From assembly GCA_965644295.1 (NCBI GenBank), contig CBFFRP010000577.1, positions 1 to 64,000 on the forward strand: a DNA stretch of 64,000 nucleotides. The letters are read 5' to 3'. Shown here in pieces: positions 9,000 to 22,957 of this stretch (its first letter is position 1; each line of letters starts with the position of its first letter). Under the pieces are notes generated by a model that saw only the letters and a list, made by a program, of their open reading frames with translations, made no database searches and had not been told where the DNA came from. The position numbers were made by a program, and so were the translations under genes. The stretch comes from Paraphysomonas bandaiensis. Taxonomy: Eukaryota; Protista; Chrysophyceae.

Positions 9000-9503
9000 T
9001 ATTGAAACTCTTATTATTAGCAATAGGCGCTAAAAACCTGCAACAACTTAGTAGCTAGATGAATGCTAGACAAACTAGTTAGACCTCTACCTGTAACTAA
9101 TCAGTACACACTTTCTTTATCCTACTGTTTAACGCTACGGAAGCTGCTTGTGCGTCGCCGCAAGCACCAAGGTGCGACCACTCACGTTCTGAGTCCTTAA
9201 GGTGAACATCCTGGATGCTTGACTTCAGCAGGCAGCCCAATATCCCGGTTACCCTTCAGGTTGGCCCTGTCCCGGATGCCCTTGAGGTGGGGCCATTCCC
9301 GGATGCCTGTTTATTCGTCACGGCCCAAAGACGTCTACACAAGTGACACTTATTGGTGTCCCTTGTACCACACAAGCATTCGGCTATGAGTGGGCAGAAG
9401 ACTAATATCTGCTGACTATGTTTGCGGCTCACGTTAGTTTCCCAGAGAGGTACTTATCCCCCAGAACACCACGAAAAGGTATGACTCCGACTTTGTTGAG
9501 GGT
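9000..9503 (-). mobile_element. Non-autonomous retroposon (SINE/SIDE-like), copy 1
   Basis: Highly similar to 24969-25494 over its full length. Flanked by an imperfect 14-bp duplication, AAGAATATGATATA (8986-8999) / AAGAGTATGATATA (9504-9517). Confidence 0.8.
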
Positions 9504-9904
9504 AAGAGTATGATATACAAGTTTTAATGCAGTCTACAGGAACGGCTTACTCAGCATAACTTTTGTTTCAACGTTTCAATTTCAGGTACGATATCACGAA
9601 TACTCTTTCCTGAATTATGAATTACTACCCTTATAAATACTTCCTGATAACTTACATACACCATTACAATATCCACTAATGACTAATGCTCTACAAATGC
9701 ACTTAGCACATATAACTCAGTGTGTTTATTCGCTCGTTTTAAGTTTAATAAACGTAGTAGATCGTTGCCGTACAGCTTAAGTAAAAAATAAAGGCAAAAA
9801 CACTATATGATTATTACATAAGGTCTGATAGACAGTCCATATAACAACAACGTGATAATGCCATGCAATTAATCCACTTCTTGCGAATGAGTCTACAGAG
9901 ACAC

Positions 9905-11074
9905 TTAAGAAGACTTGGAGGCAAGGGTGCCAAGGAACTTGTTCTTCTCCTCCAGGGTCTGGAAGCGTCCGTGACCGTACTTGGATGAGGTGTCGATGAA
10001 CTTGACGTTGAGGGGCTCCAAGTGGCTTCTCTTGGTAGCAGCAACAATGCTCTTCCTGAGGGTGATGGGCCTCTTGCGAGCACCACCAACACACCCCTTG
10101 ATCATAACCCAATCCTCATTCACCTCTCCGTAGTGGGGGAATCCACCAACAGGTGTAATAGACTTCTCGGTGAGATCGATCTCGGTGGTGCAGCTCTTTT
10201 GGTCGCCCTTCTTGCCGATGCGGAGCACTCTCTTGTTGATTTCCGTGCGGTGGTGGTAGCCCTTCTGACCGGCACGGGCAACAGTGGTGCTGACGCGGGC
10301 AGGATGCCAGGATCCGATACAGGCAACCTTACGAAGACCACGGTGAGTCTTGCGAGGAAGACGAGTAACACCCCAACGGCTGACAACACCCTGAGTACCA
10401 TGACCGCGGGTGGCGGAGCAGATATCAAGAACTTCACCCTCACTGAAAACGGTGTCCACTGCCACCTCCTGCTCGAAGAGGTTCTTCGCGAAGTCAACCT
10501 TCTCGGAGACCTCTCCACCGTTGAGCTGAATCTCAAGAAGGTTAGCAACCTTCTGGCGGAGCTTCAACTTGCGGATCTGGGTGTGGGCAAGGACGCGCAC
10601 AACCTGGCAGTACTTCTTAATGCGCTCAAGTTCGAATTCGATATCCTGGGGCTTCTCGGCACACTTCTTAGCGTACTTGGTGAAGGCCTTTCTCTTGGAG
10701 CGGTACCAGTTCTTGTAGAATCTGCGCTTGACCTCATCAGACAAGTGACCAGCCCACACAGTGGTGAGGGAACGAAGACCATTAGGAGTCTCAACATATC
10801 CGACAACACCGACAACAGTCATAGGAGGGGTCTCAAGGATGGTAACAGCCTCAACAGCGTCCTTCTTGTGGAGCTTAGAGCCAGGGCGCTCGATCTCACG
10901 GACAACGTGAGTCATACCGGCCTTGTATCCCATGAAGGCAGTCATGTGGACAGGAGCCTTGGAGTCTGTGTCCTTGGGGAAGGAGCGGATGCGACCGCGA
11001 TGGTGCTTTGTTCTCTTCTTGGGAAGATACTGCAGAGAACCGCATCTAGGATGTTCGAACTTACGGTGAGACAT
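9905..11074 (-). CDS. RPL3: 60S ribosomal protein L3 (uL3)
   Basis: [14 protein letters not shown]..., [34 protein letters not shown]; intronless with strong codon bias. Confidence 0.99.
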   Translation of the reverse strand: MSHRKFEHPRCGSLQYLPKKRTKHHRGRIRSFPKDTDSKAPVHMTAFMGYKAGMTHVVREIERPGSKLHKKDAVEAVTILETPPMTVVGVVGYVETPNGLRSLTTVWAGHLSDEVKRRFYKNWYRSKRKAFTKYAKKCAEKPQDIEFELERIKKYCQVVRVLAHTQIRKLKLRQKVANLLEIQLNGGEVSEKVDFAKNLFEQEVAVDTVFSEGEVLDICSATRGHGTQGVVSRWGVTRLPRKTHRGLRKVACIGSWHPARVSTTVARAGQKGYHHRTEINKRVLRIGKKGDQKSCTTEIDLTEKSITPVGGFPHYGEVNEDWVMIKGCVGGARKRPITLRKSIVAATKRSHLEPLNVKFIDTSSKYGHGRFQTLEEKNKFLGTLASKSS

Positions 11075-11648
11075 GTTTATATATATAGGCAGTGAAGTGG
11101 ATTACTGCAATTAATGTGATGGTCAAGTAGCTTTCCGTATCTCTCTCTCAGGTGCGAACAGCAAGCAATGGATTGCAATGCAGCTCATATGCAGCGGCAG
11201 CCATCCATCCAACAGCCGTATAGATGTACGTGTATACGTATACAGATCAGAATACATACACAGCATCTTGAATGGTCACAGTTCTCATCTAGGGAATACA
11301 GTGGGAATACCGTCTTTAATTATACACAGTATTATAGAATTCTGTATTCCGGTATATAGAGTATACACAATACATGTACATACAGCAGCAGAGCAGTCCA
11401 TATGCCTGTATATGCACTCGTATCGGCAATAAATTGAAGCAAAACTATTCTATATTACTGAAGTGAAACTACGGCTGGAATACATATAATTGTTGTCTCA
11501 ATAATAGAGGCATCTTGGAACAAAAACATACAAAGAATGCCGGTAGAAGGAGCATGTGGCATGTATATATATATGGCCCTCTTCATAAGAACATGCTGTG
11601 GACTGCACCCACAAGATAATCCTCTCACTCGGCTTAACTTCCGTTACC

Positions 11649-12273
11649 ATGGGTAGTTCTGTTAGTAAACAAAGTAAACCAATTAGTAGAGCAGCTCCTG
11701 AGGTAGTGCAGAGTGCACTGTCAAAGAGAGCGCCTGTACATAGAGGACCCCCGCGTATGGGACCGAGTAAAGGCATAGGGGCAGTTCAACCAAAAGATAA
11801 GCCGATATTTGCTAATTATAATGAAAATGCGATGAATGAAATGTCGAAAGTGTTGAAAATAACGACTAAACCTTACCCTAATGTGAGACTATACAGCATT
11901 GTTCATTGCTCGTGTTTATATCACTACTTTCAACTGTAGAAAGCTAATCTCGACCCAGAAAACAATGCTGCATTGATAAGATTTCATAAAGACAATAAGA
12001 TTGAAGATGATAGGAAAAAAGGAATAGTTCGAGGGCGCGCGCAGTTAAGAGAAGCAGAGTTAATGGCTTTACTTGACCAATGCCGGTATGATTGCGTTGT
12101 AGTTGTACTAATATCGTAATGCTCCTTGCGTGTTACATAGTGATGGTGAAGAATGGGAGCCGACAAAGATCGCCAAGGAGCTAAATGTAACCACAGATGA
12201 GGTACTGGCGTTAGTAAAGTCTGCCCGACTTCCGTGGTTCAAGAGAGAGCGTGGTGATATCGTGGGGTTTTAG
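11649..12273 (+). CDS. Small 3-exon protein, possibly NDUFAF4-like complex I assembly factor
   Basis: MGSSVSK start (myristoylation-like) and two short GT-AG introns (~11883-11939, ~12086-12140). The C-terminal ELMALLDQCR/DGEEWEPTKIAKELNVTTDEVLALVK resembles the NDUFAF4 C-terminal helices. Confidence 0.5.
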
Positions 12274-12778
12274 TTTACTGAGTATTATTTCGTACGCTGT
12301 TCGAGTGTATGTTGTAAATATTTTTATTCTAATAATAGTTTCGTACAATCTAACCCTAATCGACCTATCGATATATTGTTACCTAACCCTTATCTGGAAT
12401 CTGGAAGCTAAGTAGAAACGTAGAAACTGCTGTTCTATGAGAACTGTAGCATATTAGGACAGATATGTTCCTGATTTCATAAATATGGAACTGATCAAGC
12501 AAGCGCAGTCGTATGTTTGTAAGCCTGTAGGGGCAGTCCACAAGATAATGACACCATATGCAGCAGGATTGAATAGCCATGATAAAAATCATACGATTTG
12601 ACGCCGTAAGATATTTATTACAGAATGATAACGACTACATATATGATACACCGACCATATAAACTTGATATGAGCTCAAACTGTTAAGATATTATATAAT
12701 ACTTGATACAACAACGACAACCCAATCTACCATACCCTACTATCTGATATGAGTATATGTTATTACACACTAGCTCTT

Positions 12779-13863
12779 CTATTCATACCAGACGCACCTA
12801 CCCCGCATATGGGGCAGATTATCTCCTGATGTACTTTTTACCTCAAATGTTGAGTTGTGCTTCTTGGCCGAAGACTGGACACCTTCGTCCCGAATTATTT
12901 GCTCCACTGTGGTGTCAGCAGAAAGTACTACTTCAGAGGGTAGGAAGAGAGGAGTCTTGAACTCAGTGTAAATCTGGGCCATCGGCTCGCCTTCATTGGT
13001 GGAGGGCTGAATGGAATCAGGAGGTGGGAGGAGAGCAGCTACAGCTCGGGCTTTAGTCCACATCCCATGAACAATAGCACCCTGTGTGAATCCGAAAAGA
13101 CGGGCTGACAAAGAAGACAGATGGATAGGGTTATAGTCGCCGGATACAGCCGCATACCGTCTACCCTGATCACTTGGTACTGTCCATCGCTCCATTTCCT
13201 TAAGACCCTGTACGTCGTCCTGTTTAATTTGGCTGTCATAAATTTCTTTTTCACTGTCGGCACTTTTGTCTCTCTTTTGGTGCTTAAAGAGAGTCTGAGT
13301 TGTGCACCACAGTAGGCGCCCTGTGTCATGAGCAAACACTTTACACACAATGTCACAGACATAGCCTTTGTCGTGCAGGAGCAATTTTTCTCCTAGAGAC
13401 ACTTCGATTGATACAGCACTACTTTTGCGCAGCGGTTCGAACTGCTCTATTTTATTCGCCAAATGAACTAATCCCATAACTGGGAATGGAAAGTCCTTGT
13501 TTACAAGTACTTGCATCTAAAAACATTATATTAATTCAAAAAAACAATGTCGATGAAGACAAAACCTGTAAAGGCAAGCACATCATTGCCGGATACATTA
13601 TCGGCACGCTGTCACCAATGTCCTTAAACCCACAGACATCTATGTCATATGTCATGTCAGGTATTGCTATAAAGATGCAAGAGAATCAATGCACCTGCGT
13701 ATTCCTTGATATGACCGAGATCAAACGGTATGTTATTCCTCACAAAAGATATCTTAGGGAGCTGCTGCTGTGCTTTTAGCAACGCATCTGCATTTCTAGC
13801 CTGAAAAAGCTGTTTCTTAAGAATCGGAAGAATAGAAGAACTGTAGTTTGATAGGCGTGACAT
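12779..13863 (-). CDS. MaoC-like (hot-dog fold) acyl dehydratase
   Basis: FPFPVMGLVHLANKIEQ and hydratase motif YAAVSGDYNPIH...AIVHGMW; upstream exons from ATG 13863. Confidence 0.88.
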
Positions 13864-14386
13864 ACTGCTTGTATGAGAGTAGTGATATCTGAGCACGATC
13901 AAGTAAGAGGATAGGACGATGCTATTGTTATTGCAATCACAGTTACAGAGCACAGCCTGAGCTGATAAGATATGAAGATCAACGTACTGTGTGTGTGCTC
14001 TGTATGCAACGCGTACAGGATGACAAAAACAGGTACATGGGATATAAACCACTACTTTCTAGCACTATTCTCAATTTAGATGTCAAAATACTCCATATTT
14101 AACTTCACAAAATCCATTTCACTAAAACACACAAAATGCCCCACCAGCCTCCGTGTAGCCGGTCCATCTATCCCGTTACCCGTGTCACTACCCGTCTATA
14201 TATCATCTGCCGGATCTGAAAACTGCTTATATATACACACCCAATTAACACACACATACATACATAGCATCACATCTCACTCATACCTCTCATCACATCA
14301 CACTGTACACCAGATCATGCTTCTACAATGAAAACAAGAGTAAACCACACATAGCGTGATATCAAACACAGTCTCTGGTCATTGAA

Positions 14387-17300
14387 ATGAACCGTATAGT
14401 GAATCAATTATTAAAAACAGCACTCAGTGAGCTGTTTGTGGGGTCCGCTAAAGATACGGTGCAGATAAACATCGGCTCTGATTTATTTTCATCTAGTAAT
14501 GTTAATTTAAAGAACCTCACGATAAGACCGGATATATTTGATGCCTGTTTGCATCCTCTTAAACTTGTTTCAGGGCATCTCGGACAGCTTAAGATTGAAG
14601 GGGTGGCAGAGGCCGCTCTTGGAGCACCCATTAAAGTATTTGTAGAGAATGTCTTTTTGCTTTTTACATTATCTCGATGTGATGATCCTGAGCATGTCCA
14701 AACTGTTAAAAAGATTTTGCTTGAATTAATATCCAACACGGTGTCGTATGCCATTATTGATAACATGCTGAGAAAAATACTTGGTATGGCTACCGATAAA
14801 TCATCTGATACAAACAAACAGCGGAAGATGATATACATGGCCATGAAACACGTGTTCAAGATATTGCAGGTTTCTGTGAAGAAGATTCACGTCAGGATTG
14901 AATTCGATTCCTGTGCAGTGAATGGGTCGGAGAGTACCACCAGTGCATCTTATTCCGCTCTAGGCCTCACGTTACCCTCCCTTCGGGTTGGCCAAAACCT
15001 CAAATTATCTCATGTTAGGGATGGTATCGGAGTGGACAATGCGCTGGGCATGGAATCAGACCCATCCATCTGCCTGATTCTGAAGTCTCTACAGGTGTAC
15101 TGCGACTATGACTGCGAACCCTACGCACCCCCTACAGAGAAGGGATCTACCTTGCGCACTACCATCTTACGACGCTTTACAGAAGGGTGGTCGAGTGAGG
15201 TTCACACTGCAGTGCTACTTCCCTTTGATCTGGAGGTTCTTTGCACTGTTGCTGTGGATGTGCTATCAGGGCACCTATCGCCGAAGCTGGCGGTAGCCAT
15301 TCCAAGACTAAGGTTTGCGTTAGATCCACGACAAGTTATGGTTTTTAAAGATCTTGTTGAAGCCTTCACAGCTGTTTTTAAACGTTCAGAAAACCTCTAT
15401 CGGCTCACAGGAATATTTAATGACATCAACCCACCACCCCGTGTGTTGCATGAAAAAGGTATCCATATATTACCTCAGCTTTTAATAGGCCGACAAGATC
15501 TTCACTTTCCGAAGGATATATCAGTGCCACGTGATCAAAGCAAGGGAATAGCTCACCTCTTGCAAACACGCAGTGCAGGTGATGCGGACATGGGGGGATG
15601 GGCGCGACATATGTGGAGATATGCGATTGATATGGTAATTCGGGATCTCCGTCGCGCTATGCCACTCGGGAAGTGGAAGAATCTCATTCGGCTCTGCTGG
15701 GCACGAAAGGAATATGCATTTCTTTACGGAAAGTATTTGCGCGTAAGTATCTCGTGATGATATAGCTATAATTTTGTAATTAACTTCTGGACAGCATGTT
15801 GCTATGTTAAATGCCAAGAATAAGTCACCCTCGCCACTCAGCCCTGCTGACGTTATTCGCCTGCATGAATTTGAGATGATTTATCCTATTGGCGTTATTA
15901 TACAGTTCAGGGAGGTGGCTGTTACTGCATTTTCTGCCCAGGAAATATTTCTCAAGAAGAAGAAACGCAGAGAAAGTGCAAAGAAGCGAAAATCTACAGG
16001 TCCTTCCGCTCAGATATCCGCCGAAAAAGATTTTCAACAAGCTCTATCATGGAGGGATGTAGTTCATATGATAACCATTCTCAAGGAAGAACAGAGGGGG
16101 ATTGTGTCTTATGTGGGACACAAGAGTGTTATGGACCGTGAAGACAAACGAGATGAGAAAAAAATGCATACTGAACGCACTGAAGATCCAGCAACAGTAG
16201 AAGCGGTAGTGGAGCATGATTGCCTTGAATCTGTTCCCATGAGCCCTTTGATTCCCAATGTAGACGACACGCTCGATGTTAGTGAAAAAGGAAATACTCA
16301 CGCAAGTGTGAGTGCTAATGATAACACTGCGGAGAGTGAGGCTCCGAACACCATAGATTCTCCTGAAGTTCCCGTGGAGCCGAGCACTCCAGGTAGCGTT
16401 GTGACAGCAGAGAAAGATTCCCAGCCTCCCCTTTCGGCCGGAAAAAAGTCGAGGATGTCATTTTTAAAGAGACAGTCGTTATCTCCATCGTCCTCCCCGT
16501 CTTCATCTGAGGGTGGAAAGATTTCTTCAACAGCATCTAAATTCTTGTCTTCTATGAGACATGGTCTGCACCACCACTCTGATGAGCCGCCTTCTGCTAC
16601 TGGCGATACAGGAGTGAGTAAAGCAGGAAAATCTGGAAGCACAACTCCATCTAGTGCGAAGAAAACAGCTTCACTTTTAACACTGAGTGCACCGTCGTCT
16701 ATCAAAGCAGCCACTGGAAAGCATAGAGATTCGATAGATATATCCGAGGATGGGCACGAAGATAATTCACGGCCACCATCTGTCGGAGACATGTCACGCT
16801 TCAATTCACTCCTTGCTCGCTCCCTTCGCCTCACGGTAGATGACGACTGTTCAGGTGCTTTCATGAAATTTATTGAACTGAGTTTCTGATCTATTTTCAG
16901 ATACCCTATCTGTAGACCTGTCTAGTGGGAGTGAGGATGATGAAGAGTACAGCATGGGTGCACCGGATTACTTTGACGGTGAGACCAACAATATTATTGA
17001 TGATTACTCGGCTATGGTCGACGCTGCCCGTTGGGTTATTAGAAAGTGAGTTCTGTGTTGTGTGCTGTTGCTGTGGGAATTAACGATAAAATGCTAGGCA
17101 TCAAAGCCCAGTTTCAGTTATGTTGCCGAATGCTCAACTACATGTGGATGAGGTGCGTGTATGGGTGGGTTTATTGTTTGGAATAATGATTGTCATTCAG
17201 ATCGAATTAAGTCTTCGGCTTCCTGTTGAAAACCGGTCCCGTCGCATGGTAGTTTCCGTAGAAGTAATGAACACGGACGCCATACTGTCGGCTTCGTCGA

Positions 17301-19727
17301 CCACGGGAGAGTCAAACAACAATATGGGTACAGACTCAGTTGATGTCGTTAAGAAAAAAGTGATGGCTGGACTTCTAATAATCTTGAAGTTATCAATAGA
17401 TCACTTACTTGTCAAGGTACATGGACAGAAGCGCAGACATGAAAAAGGGCCCCATGACTTATCTCCTCGTCGCTCGTCTGTTTCGTTGTCGGCTCAGAAG
17501 TCCGACGTAAAGGACGATGCATCGTCGAATCCTATAGATATTGGAATGGAAGCGTCTAATAGTTTGGAGGTCACGTATTCGGTTCTGACAAGTGATAAAT
17601 CAGATCAATTTCTGAGTGCATGTATCTTAGTGGATATTCCCCCAGGAAGTGGGGATGTGGACAAGGCTGTGGATGTACAAGCTAGTATTGCACCTTTAGA
17701 CATATCCATGAAGAAAGATGCGTTTGTGGTGTTCATCGACCCTGTAGTACGTGCCAATTTGTCGCAGTGCATATATGCTATGAAGCGAATGAAACTACAT
17801 TTAGCGATGTTAGCCGACAAGAACCTGGTACTGGAATACGATGCTGATTGTCTAGGTGTTCCATCGGTCCTTCTTCGGAATGTAAATTCCGGAAACAAAC
17901 GACGGAGAGGAACTACCTTTGGCAACTCGAACGCAGATGATAAGCTGCATATCATGGAAATGCATAAGAAAGCTGTGACGGATTACTTGAATAGTCGAAG
18001 GTGGTATCGGGTGCTATCGAAACTACTTCCTAAAGGAGTAATATCAGTATTAGTTCGGCTCTCGAAAATTAATGTTGATATATTATCGGCTTCATCAATG
18101 CGATCTTTCATGATTATATGGACCCAAGAACTGAAGGAGAGAGCTATTTCGGACCCCACAGCTGCGGAATCACTATATTTACAAAATGCTCTAAATGCCT
18201 ATTTGAAACAAGCTTCTCGGCAGAAGCGAAAAAGCACGAAGATTGGTCAGCGTATGTCTATGTCGATGCTGGGAGCAATTAAGGGTTTGGAGTCAGGTGG
18301 TGGGAAATCTCATGTTCCTGCTGCTGCTGTCATTGACCCCGTGGTCATTGAACTGAAAAAGTCCACTGATCCGATTCCTCTTATTTCTGTCAACTGTCCA
18401 GGACTTGTATTCACGTTGCCTATGGATGACGATACTATTAGTAGGGCCCTGTCGTTTGTGCTAGGTACGCTTCTCCCTTTCTATCATATACGCGCGGCCC
18501 CTCCTCCGAAATCAATTTACGAGGTAGATGAGGTGGAAGACGAGGCCAATGAAGCAGACGCTGATATGGAGGGGGAAAGAGTTGCTGAAACAATCGATGG
18601 AGATGTAATAGATACGATAGAGTCTGCGAATCCTGCACCTGTACCAGAGGAGGAGAGAAGGGCGCGCACACTCAGCACCAGTACTCATTCTTCTGAGATT
18701 TTTGTCACTCCAGGTTTTTTTTTGTGTTGCGTATCATTCGCTGATAGAGCTGATATTACAGAGAATGGAAGAGTATCTGAGTCAAAGTTGCCTATTGCAA
18801 GTTCACCTGTCCATACATGGCGAAAATGCGATTTTAGTAGCTTTGAGTTGCGCGTCTCATCATCTTTGTTCAAGAAGGAGTTACGCCCTTCGGGAAGACC
18901 GCTGTACACTCCTATTGCCGTACACACCTATAGGTATATATTAAAGGATGCTGGTGTGTATGCAGTCAGCGTCTATATGCAGGGTTCCGCAGCAAGTCGA
19001 CAACATCGCCAGTCATCTCCCGGTACCAGATGATTCGTCCGCAAGTGATACCTCCTCCCTGAGGGGCGGCTGTTTCATTCCTCCAATGCTGGTTGTTCAG
19101 CTTCAAATGCCTGATGAGCCAACTTCTCTCATGCACACGATGCAAAGGAAGAAGGATGGGCCTGGGAGAGCCGTCGTAATGTACTTTACTCTCTCAAAGG
19201 TGTTTAAGTGTTACTTCACCTAAACTGGTTGACGCTGCTGTGTACAGAGCGTTCGCAAAGAAATGCAGGACTTGCTGACAGCATCACCATCTGTGAAACT
19301 CTTCAATGAGTATTGTAAGCACTCATATAAGGAGCACGCATGGCAAAGTAGACTTAAGGTAGTCCAGTGTAAATGTTACAGGCCGTTTTGGTTAATTATT
19401 CTACAGATGATTACTAATTTGGTCAATGTTGATAACAAGGAACTGCCGTCACTTCTTGCTTCTTATGACAAGAAGCCCGTATTAATGAGTAAAACTGGTG
19501 TTGTCCATAAAGGGCCGAACTACCTTGAAATTGATATCAACATTCCATCTCTCACAATTATAGCCAACCATGGCCCGCAGGTGTTGTTTCCTCATATGCA
19601 TGACATGCACATGCAACTAGGCTTTGCAGTGGAAGGACATGGTGATAGTGAGTTTCCAGAGACTTTGTGTGCTTGCCTTGGGCTTCACAAACTTGTTGAA
19701 AGTAGATTTCAAGCAATGGATGTATAG
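14387..19727 (+). CDS. Large multi-exon protein: Chorein-N (VPS13-like) N-terminus and EDR2_C (DUF1336)-like C-terminus
   Basis: The N-terminus (VNLKNLTIRPDIF..LKLVSGHLGQLKI; WRYAI..V) is VPS13-like. The C-terminal exons (W..CD.SSFELR, LVVQLQMP, YDKKPVL, GPNYLEIDINI, LGFAVEG..DSEFPETL) are EDR2_C-like. ORFs are linked by short GT-AG gaps; the single-gene model is inferred. Confidence 0.7.
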
Positions 19728-20902
19728 TAGCTTCGTCAGTATTGGTGAGATTTCGTTGGGGAATAGTTTTATTATTAGAGCATTCATTGATTGCCATTTC
19801 AATTTTGGCAGCTTAAAGTAATTCTGTACTGTGTAGTGAAACTGCTTGTATACTTGAATTACGATAAATCTTCGATAAAGTATTTTTCGTCTGAATTTTG
19901 ATATGATGGAGTCGAATGGCATTTATTTTGGTAACAGAGTAATACCTAAAATTCTATCGTTATTTCTAATACCAATTGCGGCATTGTTAATAACGTGTTA
20001 TGGCATCCCGGATTCCATTGTCCATTGCAGACTATAGAACGATATATTGGTGATAGGTAAAGGTTTGAGTATATTGTGAAATAGAAGTAAAGTCACTTCG
20101 CGCTCTATCCAACCTTTAACTGAAATATATAATATATATGTATGTATCATCACAGAATTGAACGTATAAGCAAGCAAAGGTTCATCTTCCGAATCGATTC
20201 TTGTTTTCTCAACACACGGTAACTAACTTCCTTCCACACCAGTCGTGTAATGTATGACAAAAATCAAGTATTTGCACTACAGTGTCGAGATTTGAAATAT
20301 TTATGGTGGTTTAAGGTTATCAACTCAATGATTTTTGCTTGTTATGAGTAATTAACTCAATTATGAGTGATTAACCCCCTTCATGTTATCTCAACTACCT
20401 AATATTTTCATACGATCTTATATAGAATATAGACACGACCATATACAGTCAATATATTTTAGTTTCACTACTATTATTCCTATCACCTCAATAGTGCATT
20501 TCATACTGTTACTCTGTTAATCACAACTGCATTCTTCATGTAAAGGTCATAATTCAAATACCTTAGAGCTACATCATTTAATTGCTCTCAAACAGCAGAA
20601 CTCAACAGTCTAACTGATGTGATCAACTGCTACCCACTTATAATCAATCATCATGCCATCATGGGTATCATTATCGTGTTACTTGGACACAGAATCGATA
20701 CCATGGGCGATAAGCCCACCATTGACTATATTGTCAAACTCGTAACAAAAAAGATATTAACATCCTAAAAATGATAAGCATATATTAACATTATGTTTTA
20801 TGGTTATCAATCGTAAGTTGTATCAAAATACACAAGCAAAATAAACTACAAAATATAACACAGCAGCTTCGTCCCATAATAGCATAGACAGAACGCTAGA
20901 AA

Positions 20903-22232
20903 TTACTCTCTTCCCGAAACTAGCATGGGCGCTAGCTGTGGGACAGGTCTATTAAGTGACGCGGCCCCAATGAGAGTCTCAGGCATCTCACTGTCCTCCC
21001 TATACATATTAGTGTATGTAAAGTTACCGCACCAGACAGTCTCGCATAGTAGTACTCACCTACTCTCAATACAAAAACCCACATCGATCATCATGCTTTC
21101 AAACCTGTAATACATCACCACACACTAAGTCAAGCAATAAGAACGCTATTCCCAGACACACATACCGCGATATCAGGGTTTCAAGTGCCTTCTTAGGCAT
21201 GCTACCAAATTTATGCACATTGATATCCATCTCTGCGTAACACGACCCTCTGATTCACCAGAATATCACAAGAAGTTGAGCTAGAACAGAAGAGTAGTGA
21301 TGCCTCACCTAATATAAGTGCCTGTGTTACGAATCAACACGGGCTTCGCATTGTAAGATGTGATAAAAGATGGCAGACCAAACTCCTCCAAGTTGCTGCA
21401 ATAAAGTACTACTTTGAATCTGTAGATATGTCATACAACATATACTTAATTCTGAACAAAGCTTACCGGCCGCGAAAAGGATCGTTCTTAGCGGCGCTCG
21501 AGTCTCCAGGCCCTGAAACAGACTCCATGCAATACCGGACAAAAAGCCGTATAGCTGGTACATTAGCTCGGCACTCCTCCTGACCAACAGACATTCCGTC
21601 TCCACCGGAGAGCAGGTCACCAATAACAGCAGATGTATGCTATAGCAATAAGCGACTAAATTTAAGGGAGTGTCTGGGCAAAACAACCCACCTCCGTCAT
21701 TTTGAATATGAATACAAGAGACCACCCAGGTCCATTATCAACAGTAGTAAAGAACGAGGTTGAAAAGTCCTCAGGAATCTATCAATAAGTACATCATAAG
21801 CAGCTTATATACGTCTACCGGTAAGGTACGTACCTGTACATTGACCACAAAGACGGGCGGGATGAGAGGGTGGTGGGTCTCCACAGCAGTCCACTCTGGA
21901 TGAAGCTGCACCTTAGCAGCGATATCGTCGACTCTAGACTGACATCTGACGATCTCCACCGCAACAATCTGCATGATAGATGGGGCAGATGGACTCTTCT
22001 TGCCAGTGTCCGCATATCCTCCTGTACGCAGATGAAACACATCACTGCGACACTCTCTCCATGTGTGTTGAGAGGAGGGGGCATGTGAGGGGTCATGAGG
22101 GATAGTGTGACCCAATAGATCGTTGAATGTAACCATAGGATGATGCATGCTATCAGCAGACTGTACGATAGGAGGGACTGATCCGCTTAATGACGAAGAG
22201 AACTGCCGGCAGAGATACACGCACATACACAC
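20903..22232 (-). CDS. EDR2_C (DUF1336) domain protein, multi-exon
   Basis: WRECRSDVFHLRTGGY..GKKSPS, PPVFVVNVQ, YNAKPVLIR, EMDINVHKF, EMPETLIGA; start uncertain. Confidence 0.85.
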
Positions 22233-22337
22233 ACACTACTCGTATATAGATACTACACACACAGCTGTGTACCGCATACCGCTATACAGTACCAGGAATT
22301 CCCATATATACGTACCACTTTTTTGTGTATAAGGCTC

Positions 22338-22849
22338 TATGTATGTATGTATGTATGTATGTATGTATGTATGTATGTATGTATGTATGTATGTATGTAT
22401 GTATGTATGTATGTATGTATGTATGTATGTATGTATGTATGTATGTATGTATGTATGTATGTATGTATGTATGTATGTATGTATGTATGTATGTATGTAT
22501 GTATGTATGTATGTATGTATGTATGTATGTATGTATGTATGTATGTATGTATGTATGTATGTATGTATGTATGTATGTATGTATGTATGTATGTATGTAT
22601 GTATGTATGTATGTATGTATGTATATAGAGGTATGTATGTATGTATGTATGTATGTATGTATGTATGTATGTATGTATGTATGTATGTATGTATGTATGT
22701 ATGTATGTATGTATGTATGTATGTATGTATGTATGTATGTATGTATGTATGTATGTATGTATGTATGTATGTATGTATGTATGTATGTATGTATGTATGT
22801 ATGTATGTATGTATGTATGTATGTATGTATATAGAGGTATGTATGTATG
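22338..22849. repeat. (TATG)n microsatellite, about 510 bp
   Basis: Pure tetranucleotide array with two identical ATAGAG interruptions (~22625, ~22831). Confidence 0.98.
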
Positions 22850-22957
22850 GCGTGTGTATGTATGTACAGTGAGCTCTTCTCTATGTTAGTATGGTGTGCA
22901 TGTGTATGTATGTATAGCCTGCATGTATCTGGAGTAGACCTCATATGAGATATCAAC

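Noticed and set aside
9000-9503. Fanzor/IscB omega-RNA or Helitron interpretation of the repeat
   Set aside because: No associated nuclease ORF; 12-14 bp TSDs fit target-primed retrotransposition better.
10022-11095. 357-aa ORF antisense to RPL3
   Set aside because: Shadow ORF caused by strong codon bias in a highly expressed gene.
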